Assembly (NCBI GenBank): GCA_964304625.1
Contig: OZ199839.1
Location: 9,637,730-9,701,729, forward strand
From: Kudoa neothunni
Lineage: Eukaryota; Animalia; Cnidaria
Direction of reading: 5' to 3'
Length of the DNA stretch: 64,000 nt
The notes beneath the pieces were generated by a model. It had not been told where the DNA came from. It was given only the letters and a program-made list of their open reading frames with translations, and ran no database searches. The stretch's first letter is position 1. Each line of letters opens with the position of its first letter. The position numbers were made by a program, and so were the translations under genes. Positions 13,147 to 24,101 of the stretch are shown one piece after another.

Positions 13147-14468
13147 TGCGGTGATTATTTACCGAAGTGCTTAACGGTGTTGGCTCCAGAGTAGTGGTTC
13201 TTAATCATTCTTGCTTGCGGATCCCAAATGTGTTTGGCATTCATACTAAGTCGAAACTTTTCACTTTTAAATGAGTTTGGGGTCATTTTTTACCTCAGGA
13301 TTAAAATATTAGTTTTGAATAAGTTACTTCATCAACAACGATAAACATTTAAATTTTTAAAATATAATTATCTATTTATAATTTTAGATGCAAGTTTCCC
13401 ATAATGTTGATAAATGGGTTTACGCATAGGTTTCGTAGAATATCAATAGCAAGCTAACCGTTTTTTATGCTCTCTTAGACAAATGGAGCAGCTTAAGCTT
13501 GAATTTAAATCTCGTTTTCGTGAAATCTAATTTTGCTTAGCTGCATTGTCAATGCCACAATCATTTGGAAATTCTTTAACAAACTTAACATTATATTTTT
13601 TATTGTTCAGTGGTGAGAAATAACATCCCTAAATTAAATGGGCCGGATTATTATGAAGAGAATAAATTTGACCACATAGGTTCAAAATACAATTATCCTA
13701 AAAAAATTCAATATTGAAATAATCTGAACTGCATTTAAAAAAAATTAATTAATAATATAAATTTGATGTTTTGAGTACCGCACAGATATGATAGCTAATT
13801 AGGCAAACAGCTTTGGGCCACTGTATACAAATAAATACACATCAATCAAATCTTTATTAAAAAAGACGTCTGTTATCATCTGTTCGTTTTCCAAAACCCG
13901 CAGAGGTTAAAATTTAACGTTTTGTGAATAAATTACACGTTTAATGGGTTCACCGATTATTTAAGAAGTACAATTGAACGCGATAAAAAAATATTTCGAA
14001 ACTGTTTTTTTGCAAACCAAATTAAAAAATTGAATGAATTATTTTTTAAGGGATTTTTTTGTAGAGATTATTGAATTAGATAGTTTGTTGCGGCGTAATT
14101 TCATTGTTTAAAGTACGGCTGATCTGTTTATAATAAGCGACAATCCAAAAAATTTAAATAATACAGATTCATTCTACAATTTTCATGATTTTTTAGTTTG
14201 CGTAGCTTTTGTGACAACGCATATTCCAGTAAATTCCTATGCTTTATTCCTTCAAATAATCTAAATATTGTTGGCCACGTCTAATAATTATTCGTGTTTC
14301 TAATTATAACTTAACGTACACAGTTATTACACTTAAGTATGTAAAAATATGGCACCTTTATATTTACGTACGAATTAATACCAAGCTGACTGTTAAAATA
14401 TCTTAGAGAGAATCTAGAACCAAACTTTATCAAAAATAGATGAATTTCATAGTAAATTTTCTATTGTT

Positions 14469-14534
14469 CACGATGGCCAAATGAAATATAATGGAGCAAG
14501 ACCCAGCTCGCGAGCCAAATTATGGCCATCTCTG
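14469..14534. mobile_element. Possible tiny hAT-like terminal remnant
   Basis: CACGATGGCCA ... GCTCGCGAGCCAAATTATGGCCATCTCTG forms imperfect inverted ends resembling hAT (Charlie-type) termini. No clear 8-bp TSD. Confidence 0.25.
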
Positions 14535-14909
14535 ATTTATTTATTTTTAGGAAACGTTAGAGAGATTTTTTTATTAAAGATAAAATTTGAATTTTTCCAT
14601 TATGTCGAATTTTTAATGCGTTAATATAATTATTTATTTTTGGATCAAAAATAAACCCAAACTCAATAAAAGATGAATTTACGTCAAAACGTAATTGAAC
14701 ACGCAATGGATTCAAATATAATCTCTTTATTTTACCATTTAAAATAATATATATTTATAAGTGAATTTAAAACAATAAATTACACTTTTTAATGCTGATT
14801 CGTATAGTTTTTAAAAAGTGAACTATTCTCGAAGGTTACTTTCAACCCTAAACCGAATATGGGTGTTAAAATGAAAGATATTTATACATTAAATTTTTTA
14901 GAAAGCAAT

Positions 14910-16647
14910 AATTTAATATCGAGTTTCTAAAAGGTTTTAATCCAAAAACTAGCATCGCATACGGATGAAGCTTTGATGTTTTTAGATATTTTGTCCGTTT
15001 ATCTCTAAAACTAGCGTAAGCTGCAAGCCAGAGAGATGATGTTACGAACAGTGGGATTTTTACTGTATTTCAGCTTTTCAAAATCTTTCACGTTTACTCC
15101 AAATACCTTTTATATAGTCATTGTTACGTTCAAAATTTGGTTCATTTTAAAGAACACACTTTGATGTTTGTGTAATTATTAGAGTGATAAATAATGTCAT
15201 TTTATGTCATAGATTAGTTAACGGCTTTATCAAATATTACTTCCTCTAACTCATCAACTCATATAAATATGGGGTATTTATATTTAGAATAACCAAAAAT
15301 AGATTACTTCCATTTTCTTTGGAGATTCCTTAGTTTTTTCACAAGATAAAACCCCTGGCGCAACTTATTAGGTTGTAGGATTCTGGTCGGTTATGCCTCT
15401 TCCATTAACGCTTTAGGCACCGCAGGACGTAACATGGAATCCTGCCCCTTATCTTTATGCGGTAATGTGGGAATTTAACCCATCAAACATCCTCGTCTCT
15501 GGGCGACCACCACACCAAACCCTATCTCTTTATGGGCGTTAGCTTTGTGGGGACTGCACATTACTTGCCTTTCGATGTGTTCCGGAGATTCAAACTCCTA
15601 TTCACGCTCACCCCACTTCACAGCCAGCATACAATTTAAACACAGTCCTCAAATATGGGATAGAGACCCACCTACACGGAAGCAATAGTCTGACCACCGG
15701 TGGATTCGAACCCATTACCCCATGGTTCTGAGTCCGAGTGTCACACCGATGTGTGATCTGTCCTCGGCTTCTCGAGAATCCTTAGTGAGCCTGCTTCGGA
15801 CTGTACCTGGTTTTATTTCCTTCCGTACAGAAGAGTTAAATTTATGAGAAAAAAAATAAAAGAATTATTTAAGCAAGTATCTAAGAAAAAATTTTGACTG
15901 TTTTAAACGTATTCTTGTTTAAAGGCGAGTCAACAGAATGACACCAGTATCGAAATAAATGAAAACAGTGTTACATAAAAAATTTATAGTTCTTTTTTGA
16001 TATAATACACCATCGGTAAAAAAGTTGGAATACTTTAGAAAACAAATCTTTGTTTACAAGTTTCAGTAATGAATTTGTCATAGACTGAATAAGACATTAT
16101 ACATTAGGATATCCATTCAGCTCGAAAGTGTTAAAGAAAATTCATCCGTAAGCTTCTAAGTGATATTGTTGTGGGTGTCGAAATTCCCGCATCGAATCTA
16201 ATATTTTCGAAATAAAACCAGAGAATTATAAAAAAACTTAAGTAATTTGTATGTAGGTCAATTATTTTAACTACTGCTTACGACATTTTATTTTACCCGA
16301 GACTTGCGTGCACGCCATTAGTTAGCCATAATGGGGAATATAACTCTCATTGTAATAGAATGTATGAACAAGAAATTAATCAGATCTTTCTCAATACTCA
16401 ATACCATGATATCACAGAATGATTATGATTTTGAAGTCCTATTTTTAATCAAGAGTAAAATGAATAAATGAAATAAAGCTTTTTGTAATAGAACTCACAA
16501 TTTTTTAAAATCTTGAACAAATCTTCAATTCAAAATTAATAAGATTTGTTGGTCAATTGATAAATATAGAATGATTGGATATTATATATTACTATCGGGT
16601 TTAAGTGGTTAATATCACTCGTTTAGTTTCTCAATTACGAGGAAAAA
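14910..16647 (+). promoter_or_regulatory. Upstream region co-duplicated with the surface-protein genes (homologous to 37378-38661 reverse and 44149-45392)
   Basis: Non-coding blocks shared with the B/C upstream DNA, for example AATATCGAGTTTCTAAAAGGTTTTAATCCAAAAA, ATAGACTGAATAA, AATCTTGAACAAA and TGGTTAATATCACTCGTT just before the ATG. Confidence 0.55.
15334..15768 (-). mobile_element. tRNA-derived SINE inserted upstream of gene A
   Basis: GC-rich 435-bp island. The minus-strand 5' end is tRNA-like, with B-box GGTTCGAATCC (15702-15712), and the 3' end has an A6 tail. Imperfect TSD GAGATTCCTTAG / GAGAATCCTTAG. Absent from the homologous site upstream of B and C. Confidence 0.75.
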
Positions 16648-19600
16648 ATGATAGGGCGAATCGTTTTGCATATATTAGGCCTCATTTCTATAAGTAATAA
16701 ATGAATTATTACTTTCACAACATTTACATCTCATTAGTTTTACATTCGATTGTTGGTTCTGCAGTTGAAATCGATAATAATATACTGAAATTAAGCTTCT
16801 CGAATCATGCGAATGAATATAGAATATCGTTAACAGGATACAGAATCGAAGACAGCCACCGGAAATGTTCACTTCAGTATTCCGATTCCACGACAGAACC
16901 ATCACTCAAAACTATTCCTAATTGTAATAGTATAACCGGAAAGCAAGATGAATCATCAAAAATGTGCATTTTCGATTGCAAAAAAGTCGATTTACAATTA
17001 GATGGAAACGAATTTAAGAAAATTAAATATGTAAGATGGTGCCAAGGTAAGGGTGAGACAGCTATAAAGACATGTCCTTATAAAAAAGTGTATAAACTCA
17101 AAGGTAATTGACAAATTAAACATTTATTATATAAAGTTAATAAGATATTTATCTAAAAAGCATATTGTCTGCGTTCAAGTTAAATAATGAATTCACTGTA
17201 TCGGTTAAAACAAAAATAAACGGCGAGTTTACGTCCACAATGGACGGTGTTCAGCAAACTACCGCGAGCTTAAATATTAAGTTTTATGAAAAAAATACGA
17301 TTAAGCTTTTGACAACACCTGTCATGACATCTTTCTTTGTGAAATTTACCGATATACTGCCAGAAATCCTCATAAACCCTATGAAACCTAAAGAAGATTG
17401 GTTTATTGCAATTGGATCGGTTGGAACAACTGGTGACAACAATTATTTTTATACAATAAAACTCCAAAACCCTGAACCGTCAAAAATGTGCTATTTTGGA
17501 ATAAAAAAAGTAGACGATTTTCATTTTTCCTCCTACTGCGCAAAAATGAAAACAGCAGGACCATGCCTTCAACCTTGTTATAAAGCCACATTATATTACA
17601 AGTCAAAGTTGGACTTCGCTCAAGTACTTGTAAAACGCCCCAATATGTTGACCACAAAAGAATTTATCCAGACAGTGACATGTATTCATCAACTATTTTA
17701 CAGATTTTAATTTTTGATTAGTTAAAGAGCACCAACCTACAGCTACTTCAGTGAAAAAAACACAAGCTACGTTCAACTTTTCTGATTTAAATAAAAACGA
17801 AGCTACTAACTCTGAAATCAGTGATGCTTTTATTGGGGAAATTAAGCTAATAAAGAAATATCATGGAATAAATTGCACTGGTGACGACGCCGTTTGTACA
17901 GAAAACTCTGATTGCAAACGTTTTTCTTCGAAAACCTTTGATTCACTTCTACCGCTGACAGAATACATATTAAAGGTTAAAATAACTGGAGTTCAAGTCT
18001 TTGACTCATATGAAGTAAATCATTATCATAAATACTTTTACTTCAAAACCAAAGGTATTCTTAATTGTGATAGTTGAACTTAAATTAAGTAGGAGATAAT
18101 TTCGAATCTCAAAAAGAAATTACACCAACGGTTGTCCAAGATCAACCTACCAGATTAAACTTATCTCCAAAAGGACTTTTTTCAGTTGGAACTAATGTGG
18201 ATGCGAAATGTGAACTTTATTACTCGACCTCTGGAAACGAAGAATCGAAATTTCCAGCCACATGCCTAATAAATGATGAAAAAAAATTTTGTTTCGATAC
18301 ATGCACAATTCCCTTTTCCATTATTAACCTTGATCCTAAAACAAGCTACAAAATAACGATCTGCTCGGAAGGTTATACATGCGAAGCAGATAGCAATGCG
18401 GTCGAAAGTAATTTAATATCCATTTAGTAACAATAATTACATTCAACAGCTAGCGGAATTTCTCTCTCGGTTTCTATATTTAATCATGATAATGATAAAT
18501 CTACAGCTACAATATCACCTACAAATGGAAACCTTGGGGATTCATGGGCTTATATTCTCATAGAAAAAACGTCTCTGAGGGAAGTAATTGATTGCTTGAA
18601 TAGTGTTTGCAGTCCTATTGTCACAGAAAGAGAAAGTAAGAAGATATTAGAATTTCCATGGACGATCATTATCGCAGAAGTTACGTACCAATTAGTTGTA
18701 ATAAATACAAATACTGCTAAACCCGTAACTCAATATATGGAAAGTAAAAATTATCAAATTTAATATATATAAAATATCCTAGGAGAGACTAAAGAACTTG
18801 ATGCTAAAATGATTATCAAATATGCTTCAAGCGAAATATATAAAATAAAATTTACAGGTGAGATCATTGGTGTAAGGGAAAAACAATGTACTGTTAAGAA
18901 GTCTGATGACGAATTAACTACTTATGAAAATATAAGCCAAGAGGGTGAAGTTACAAAAAGATGCAGTAATTTAGGGGAAGAGATTAATGCTAACATTAAT
19001 ATTCTAAATAAATATAAATACGTATCAGTCACTTATAATGATGAAAAAACCATAACTAAGAGTAACCCATCTAAATCCCGCATAAATCCTGAAATCTTGA
19101 AAACGTCAGGAGAACCGGACGATGAACATAAAATCGACCATGGACAGGGTGGTACACAGGATCTTACATCCAAAGGGAAAAATCAGCTGCCACAAATTGA
19201 AAAAGTTCTTTTTAAAAGAGGATATGTTTATGCTTATTATTTCGCAGGTAGTTTAATAATTTGGGAACAATCTAACTTTCTCTAGATCATTTTGAAGAAA
19301 TAGGAATGATCGCAACTATAACTGAAGATAAAATAAAAATAGGATCAAGTAAATGTTCAATGAATTGCAAAGCGCATAGAGACAGCCAAGAGCTTGGTGA
19401 TATAATAGAAAATGAGGCGAGATGTACTACATTTGGAAGTTATTCTATTCCAATTAGTGAAAATACTGAAGATTACTTTATCAGTTGTCCTGGATATTTT
19501 GATTTTCATTACTTTTACGATACCACCTTTACGAAAAAATATGCTCCAATATTCAGTAGATTTTATTATGAGCTGACTGTTAATGAAAATGAAAGAAAAC

Positions 19601-22600
19601 TCACCGTGAAATTAGTCAATGAGATGCCATCCGAAATATGCACTTTTGAATGGTTAGATGCAACCGATTCATCTTCAAACACATTCTTTTCAAACAGGTG
19701 TAAAAATAAGGGAAATTGTTTTCACACTATCTGTAGTAATATAACATTTGAAAATATACCAGCAGAAGTAAAGGCAGTTAAAATACGTGTCTTAAAATTA
19801 GGAATGGAACCAGTGATTGGTTACCAATCAAACGTCCACATTCGTAATATTCGTTATTATAAATTTGTTTTTTATTTATTAAATATAGTAAAACATGGAA
19901 GAGATATTCCCTTAAAAACAAAAGATAACAAAATAATAGTCGACCTTAATAATAAGAATAAGAATGAGGATGGTACAGAAGTTAACACACAACCTGTTCC
20001 ATCATGCTCTTTGAAGCACTGGAACGCCTACGCTCCGATTGAATCCATTAGTTTGATGGAATCCTTTACTAATCCACCTGGCTGTGAATTCGGTGAAGTT
20101 GGGCTCACACCTGATCCAACAGATTTACCTTATGTTGTAATGGTAATGATACATAATCTATCAAAATATTTTCCAAGAAAATATTTTTATCATAAATTAG
20201 GTAAACTATTTACTTTATTATGGTTTTTAATTTACTCGTAAGATCAAACGACGAATCTTTCAATTCAAGAAGATTCAGTCTCACCTACCGCAAGTGGATT
20301 CACACTTACTCCTGATACTTCACATTCAGCCATATGCAAAATTTATGTTAAAGAACATAATGCACCACATTTTTATCCTGCTATTTGCAACACGAACAAA
20401 TTATGTGTAGGTGCGTGTAACACAACGTTCACTATTATTGGGCTGTATTCAGGTGTCAACTATGATATAAAAATTGTGCCTAGCGGATCATACAAGGTTA
20501 AAACATTTGAGAACAAGAAAACAAGTAACCTTATTTTTCTATAATTTATTAAATGCTTAATAGTTGGAACTAATATTGAATTTAAAATATCTGAGGAGTC
20601 AAAGAAAAATAACCTGAAAATAACTTACACGAGAGAAATTGCTAATTCTGAAACTATTGATTGTTATTACCAGTTGTATAAACACGAAACCGATGAACGT
20701 AATAATATGGGTTTAATTCTTCTACAATATTTTAGGTTCGCCAACAATTATTCAAAAATCCTGCATTGAATGCAATACAGAGAGTCTTAAAAAGTGCAGT
20801 GATATTCAATTCGATGACAGCTTATATAATAACAAATATAACTACAGGCTGATGATTTATGCGAATGCACAGTCACCACCAGTGAAAATCGCGATTCCAG
20901 GTATAATAGTTATGAATTTTTGTATAAATGCCCTATAGCGTTTTCTCGACACGGAAAACTACAACAAAGTCACTTTAAAAATAATGATGGGGATGTTGAC
21001 AAATTCTCTGTTATACTCAAAGATTTTCCAGTTGAAAACAAATGCGTGATAAAATTATCAAGTTTTGCGGCAACACCTGAATTCAATAAACCAACTTGCA
21101 CGGGTAATACACATGGGAATTATTGCGTTATAGACTGTTCAACTTCTAATGAGGTTGAGATTGAATTATTGAATTCTAAAATTGATCGATATGTATTGGT
21201 TTGTTATGGTGAAGATGAAAATGAAGCAAAAGGATGCAATAAAAAGAATATTTTCCAAATTAAAATGGGTAATTTTATTAAACGCTATTTAATTTGTCCT
21301 TTAATTTTGTAATTATTTTTCTTAATAAATACTTTTGATTATAGAATATAAGCTGGAGAATACGTACAAAGTCACACATAATGATAATAAAGTTAATATT
21401 TCGTACAAGTCGAACTCAAAAACCGAGTGGAGTGTGGCTGCTGATGGAAAAATTGACACGTTTAATAACGATGCAAAAAACAGCTTACGAATTTTGTATT
21501 ATTCGTCAGCTTTGGAAGAAAAATCTGCTTCTTTCTCAGATGATAGGTTCATGAGTTACTATAAAATAGGTTCCACTCTTTTATGGCCTGGATTAATTTA
21601 TTACACTAATAACACGTACTTGATCAAAAACACTCCACTAAAATCTCAAATTATATTCAATATTTCATGCATTGCTGATAAACCTAACCAACTGAGAATA
21701 AACTTCTCGCCTGGACCTTATAATGACGAAATATGTCACATCAAGGTATTTGAGGTAAATTCAAACAATGCAAATGACACAGGCAATGTTCTTAATACAT
21801 GCAGAGATATAAAAGATGGATGCTATCAACTTTGTCAAGACGGTTTTATCAATTTGACGAAAGAATATCAAAAAGTTGGTGTAATTATTAAGCGAAGGTT
21901 CGATACAGACGAATATAAGCAATATCATAAAAGTAATTGAATCATTAATTTATGAAATTTACAATTGTTAGGGGGAGACACTGGTGTTAATTTATCCGCA
22001 GTTACTGCATCTGGAGTAACACTTACTGGACTTAATATCTACGAGAACATAAAAAATAAAGATGAAATTTCAGAATGCACCATTAAAATATCTAGAGCTA
22101 ATTCTGTCTCAAACGAAGAGATACCTATCTGTGATTCTAATAAAACCTCATGTTCTACTAACTGTCAAGCATCACACATGATTACTAATTTGGAAGCTGG
22201 TACAAATTATCTGTTATCGGTGGAGATTACGAATCTTGGTTTTCCTGGTAGTTACCTCAAGAAGATGGTGTTTAGAACCTGTAAATATTATATTATTTAT
22301 TTTATATCTAAAGCTAAATAGCGGAGGGAACTGAATTAACGCTAGCCGATTCAAAAGCTGTCATATCACCCAATACCGCTGCAATCACCCCATTCCGTGA
22401 TAATGATTTTCTTCCAATATGCAGAGTCTATCTTAACAAAGAAGGAGATTCGACTCAAAAATACATGGCAGTATGCAAAGATATGGGAGTCTGTGAGGGC
22501 AGCTGTTCCAACAATTTCGAAATAGTTAACCTAGCGCTAGAACAAAACTATACAGCTTTTGTGGTACCGTCTGATGGCAAGAAAGAAAGAACCTACAATA

Positions 22601-23521
22601 TTGAAGCAGGTATAAGTTATAAGCGGGTTTAATAAAACATATTTTAGTCAAAAGTAAATTAACAATTACATATACATCTAAAGAGGAGAGCGATTTAACA
22701 ATTTCTGTTCAAATTGATGGACAAAAAACTGGTTCAAAATGCCCATTTATGTTACACGAGAAAATGTTAAACGAACAGACAACATCACTAGCTACGTGGT
22801 GTAACGATGACGAGGATTGCTCAGCTAATCAATGTGTGATCAAAATTAACGGTCTTTCAAAGGAAAAAGACTACGTGCTAATGGTAAAAGCAAAGGATGT
22901 TACAACCTACAAACAGCATGAAATTCTATGTAAATTATATTTTTACATTCAAATTAAACGTTCATAAATTAATAATAATACTTATTGATTTATAAAGACA
23001 CTAAAGTTTCCAGGATGAGTGGGTAATTGAAATGAATTAATTTTTGTAAATTAATAATCTTTTAGTAACTTAATTATAATAATAAACTAAAACTAGTTAT
23101 GAATTGAAGAACAACAGATCAGAAGTGAATATACAAATATTGAGGTGGATGACATTGTTGGAAAAGTCATAAGAATGGCTCAAAAGGGGTATTCTATTCC
23201 ATTATAATATACATGTTTATGCTTATTCTAATTTAGTATTTCATTTTAATTACTACACCTTAAATCTTATAACTGGATAGATAGTACAGGTAAAGATAAG
23301 TATATAGTTGGAAAAAGTGAAAAAAAGTAAAAGAAATATAGAATTTCTTTTTAATTTTTTTTAGATACAATAACAGATACATGTAATATATAAATATGAC
23401 GGCGTATGTATCTACTATTTTTAGACTGTATTCGTTAACCACAATAATACTAACATTATTGGTAGTGATATGCTTCGGCATCTATAAAAAATTATCCACG
23501 GATGCTACTTACGACTTATGA
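16648..23521 (+). CDS. Copy A: ~1,930-aa Cys-rich, FN3-like-repeat type I membrane protein (21 predicted exons)
   Basis: Signal peptide MIGRIVLHILGLISI|ILHSIVGSA. A continuous frame can be spliced through 20 GT-AG introns. Repeated C..C..CxxxC plus I/LxxLxPxTxYxI modules. Last exon LYSLTTIILTLLVVICFGIYKKLSTDATYDL*. The last three junctions are less certain. Confidence 0.82.
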
Positions 23522-23755
23522 ATTATAATTACATACTAATTAACAGAATAGATTATGATTAGATGATATTAATTAGGGAAATATATTAGTTTTCGATTCA
23601 TCAATGTTGTGTTATTAGTTCATTTTAGAGTTATTTTATGATGTCAATAGGTAAATTTATCTCCGTAATTTAAAAAATTGGAGAAATAAAGATTTTTCTT
23701 TCGATAAAAGGTAAGGAAATATAAGTATTTTATTGTTTGCAGGTATTTGTCTCCT

Positions 23756-23811
23756 TTAACTCTCTGTATCCCTTCCTTTCGGAAGTGGGGTCCATAAGAG
23801 ACCTCACTTCC
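23756..23811 (+). mobile_element. Orphan piggyBac-like terminus with subterminal hairpin
   Basis: TTAA-CTCTCT followed by the imperfect palindrome GGAAGTGGGGTC..GACCTCACTTCC, which resembles the TGGGGTC..GACCCCA subterminal palindrome at 28081-28099. Confidence 0.45.
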
Positions 23812-24101
23812 ACTATTTATCGTGTTAGTTTGAAAGTAAGGATTGATATTTTGCAGTTCCAGGAACGCCTCTATCAGATGAAAAAGCTTTTATCAAACCT
23901 GTATTTTTCTGTCTAATATATAAAATACGCATAACATATAATAGTTCATTCCACGGGTATTTTTTTCTTATAGAATCTCAAAAAAGTCATTCATTACATA
24001 ATATCATATGAAAAAGTAACTATTTATATCGGATAAATATGATCACCTTCCAAAAACCATTGATATTATTATAAGATATAAGTTATAAATCATAATAATT
24101 A

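Noticed and set aside
13600-13826. Tc1-like terminus (CTTTGGGCCACTG-TA)
   Set aside because: No convincing partner TIR or transposase fragment found.
15690-15768. tRNA gene (Leu-CAG-like loop plus T-arm motif)
   Set aside because: Acceptor and D stems do not pair properly, and it sits at the head of a TSD-flanked, A-tailed insertion, so it is a SINE head.
16306-16315. Palindrome GCGTGCACGC upstream of A as a transcription-factor site
   Set aside because: Not conserved in the homologous upstream DNA of B and C.
23023-23364. In-frame stops in exon-looking sequence near the 3' end of A, suggesting stop-codon reassignment or non-canonical introns
   Set aside because: A canonical GT-AG path exists (acceptors at ~23122 and 23364), and long exons elsewhere have no internal stops. 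The WIDSTGKDKY-like stretch remains unexplained.
23260-23481. Antisense ORF MPKHITTNNV... (mirror 59393-59617)
   Set aside because: It is the reverse strand of the TM exon and is broken by a stop in the B/C versions.
15815-23770. Gene A captured inside a piggyBac (TTAA-type ends on both sides)
   Set aside because: The two end-like motifs face away from the gene, so they cannot enclose it.
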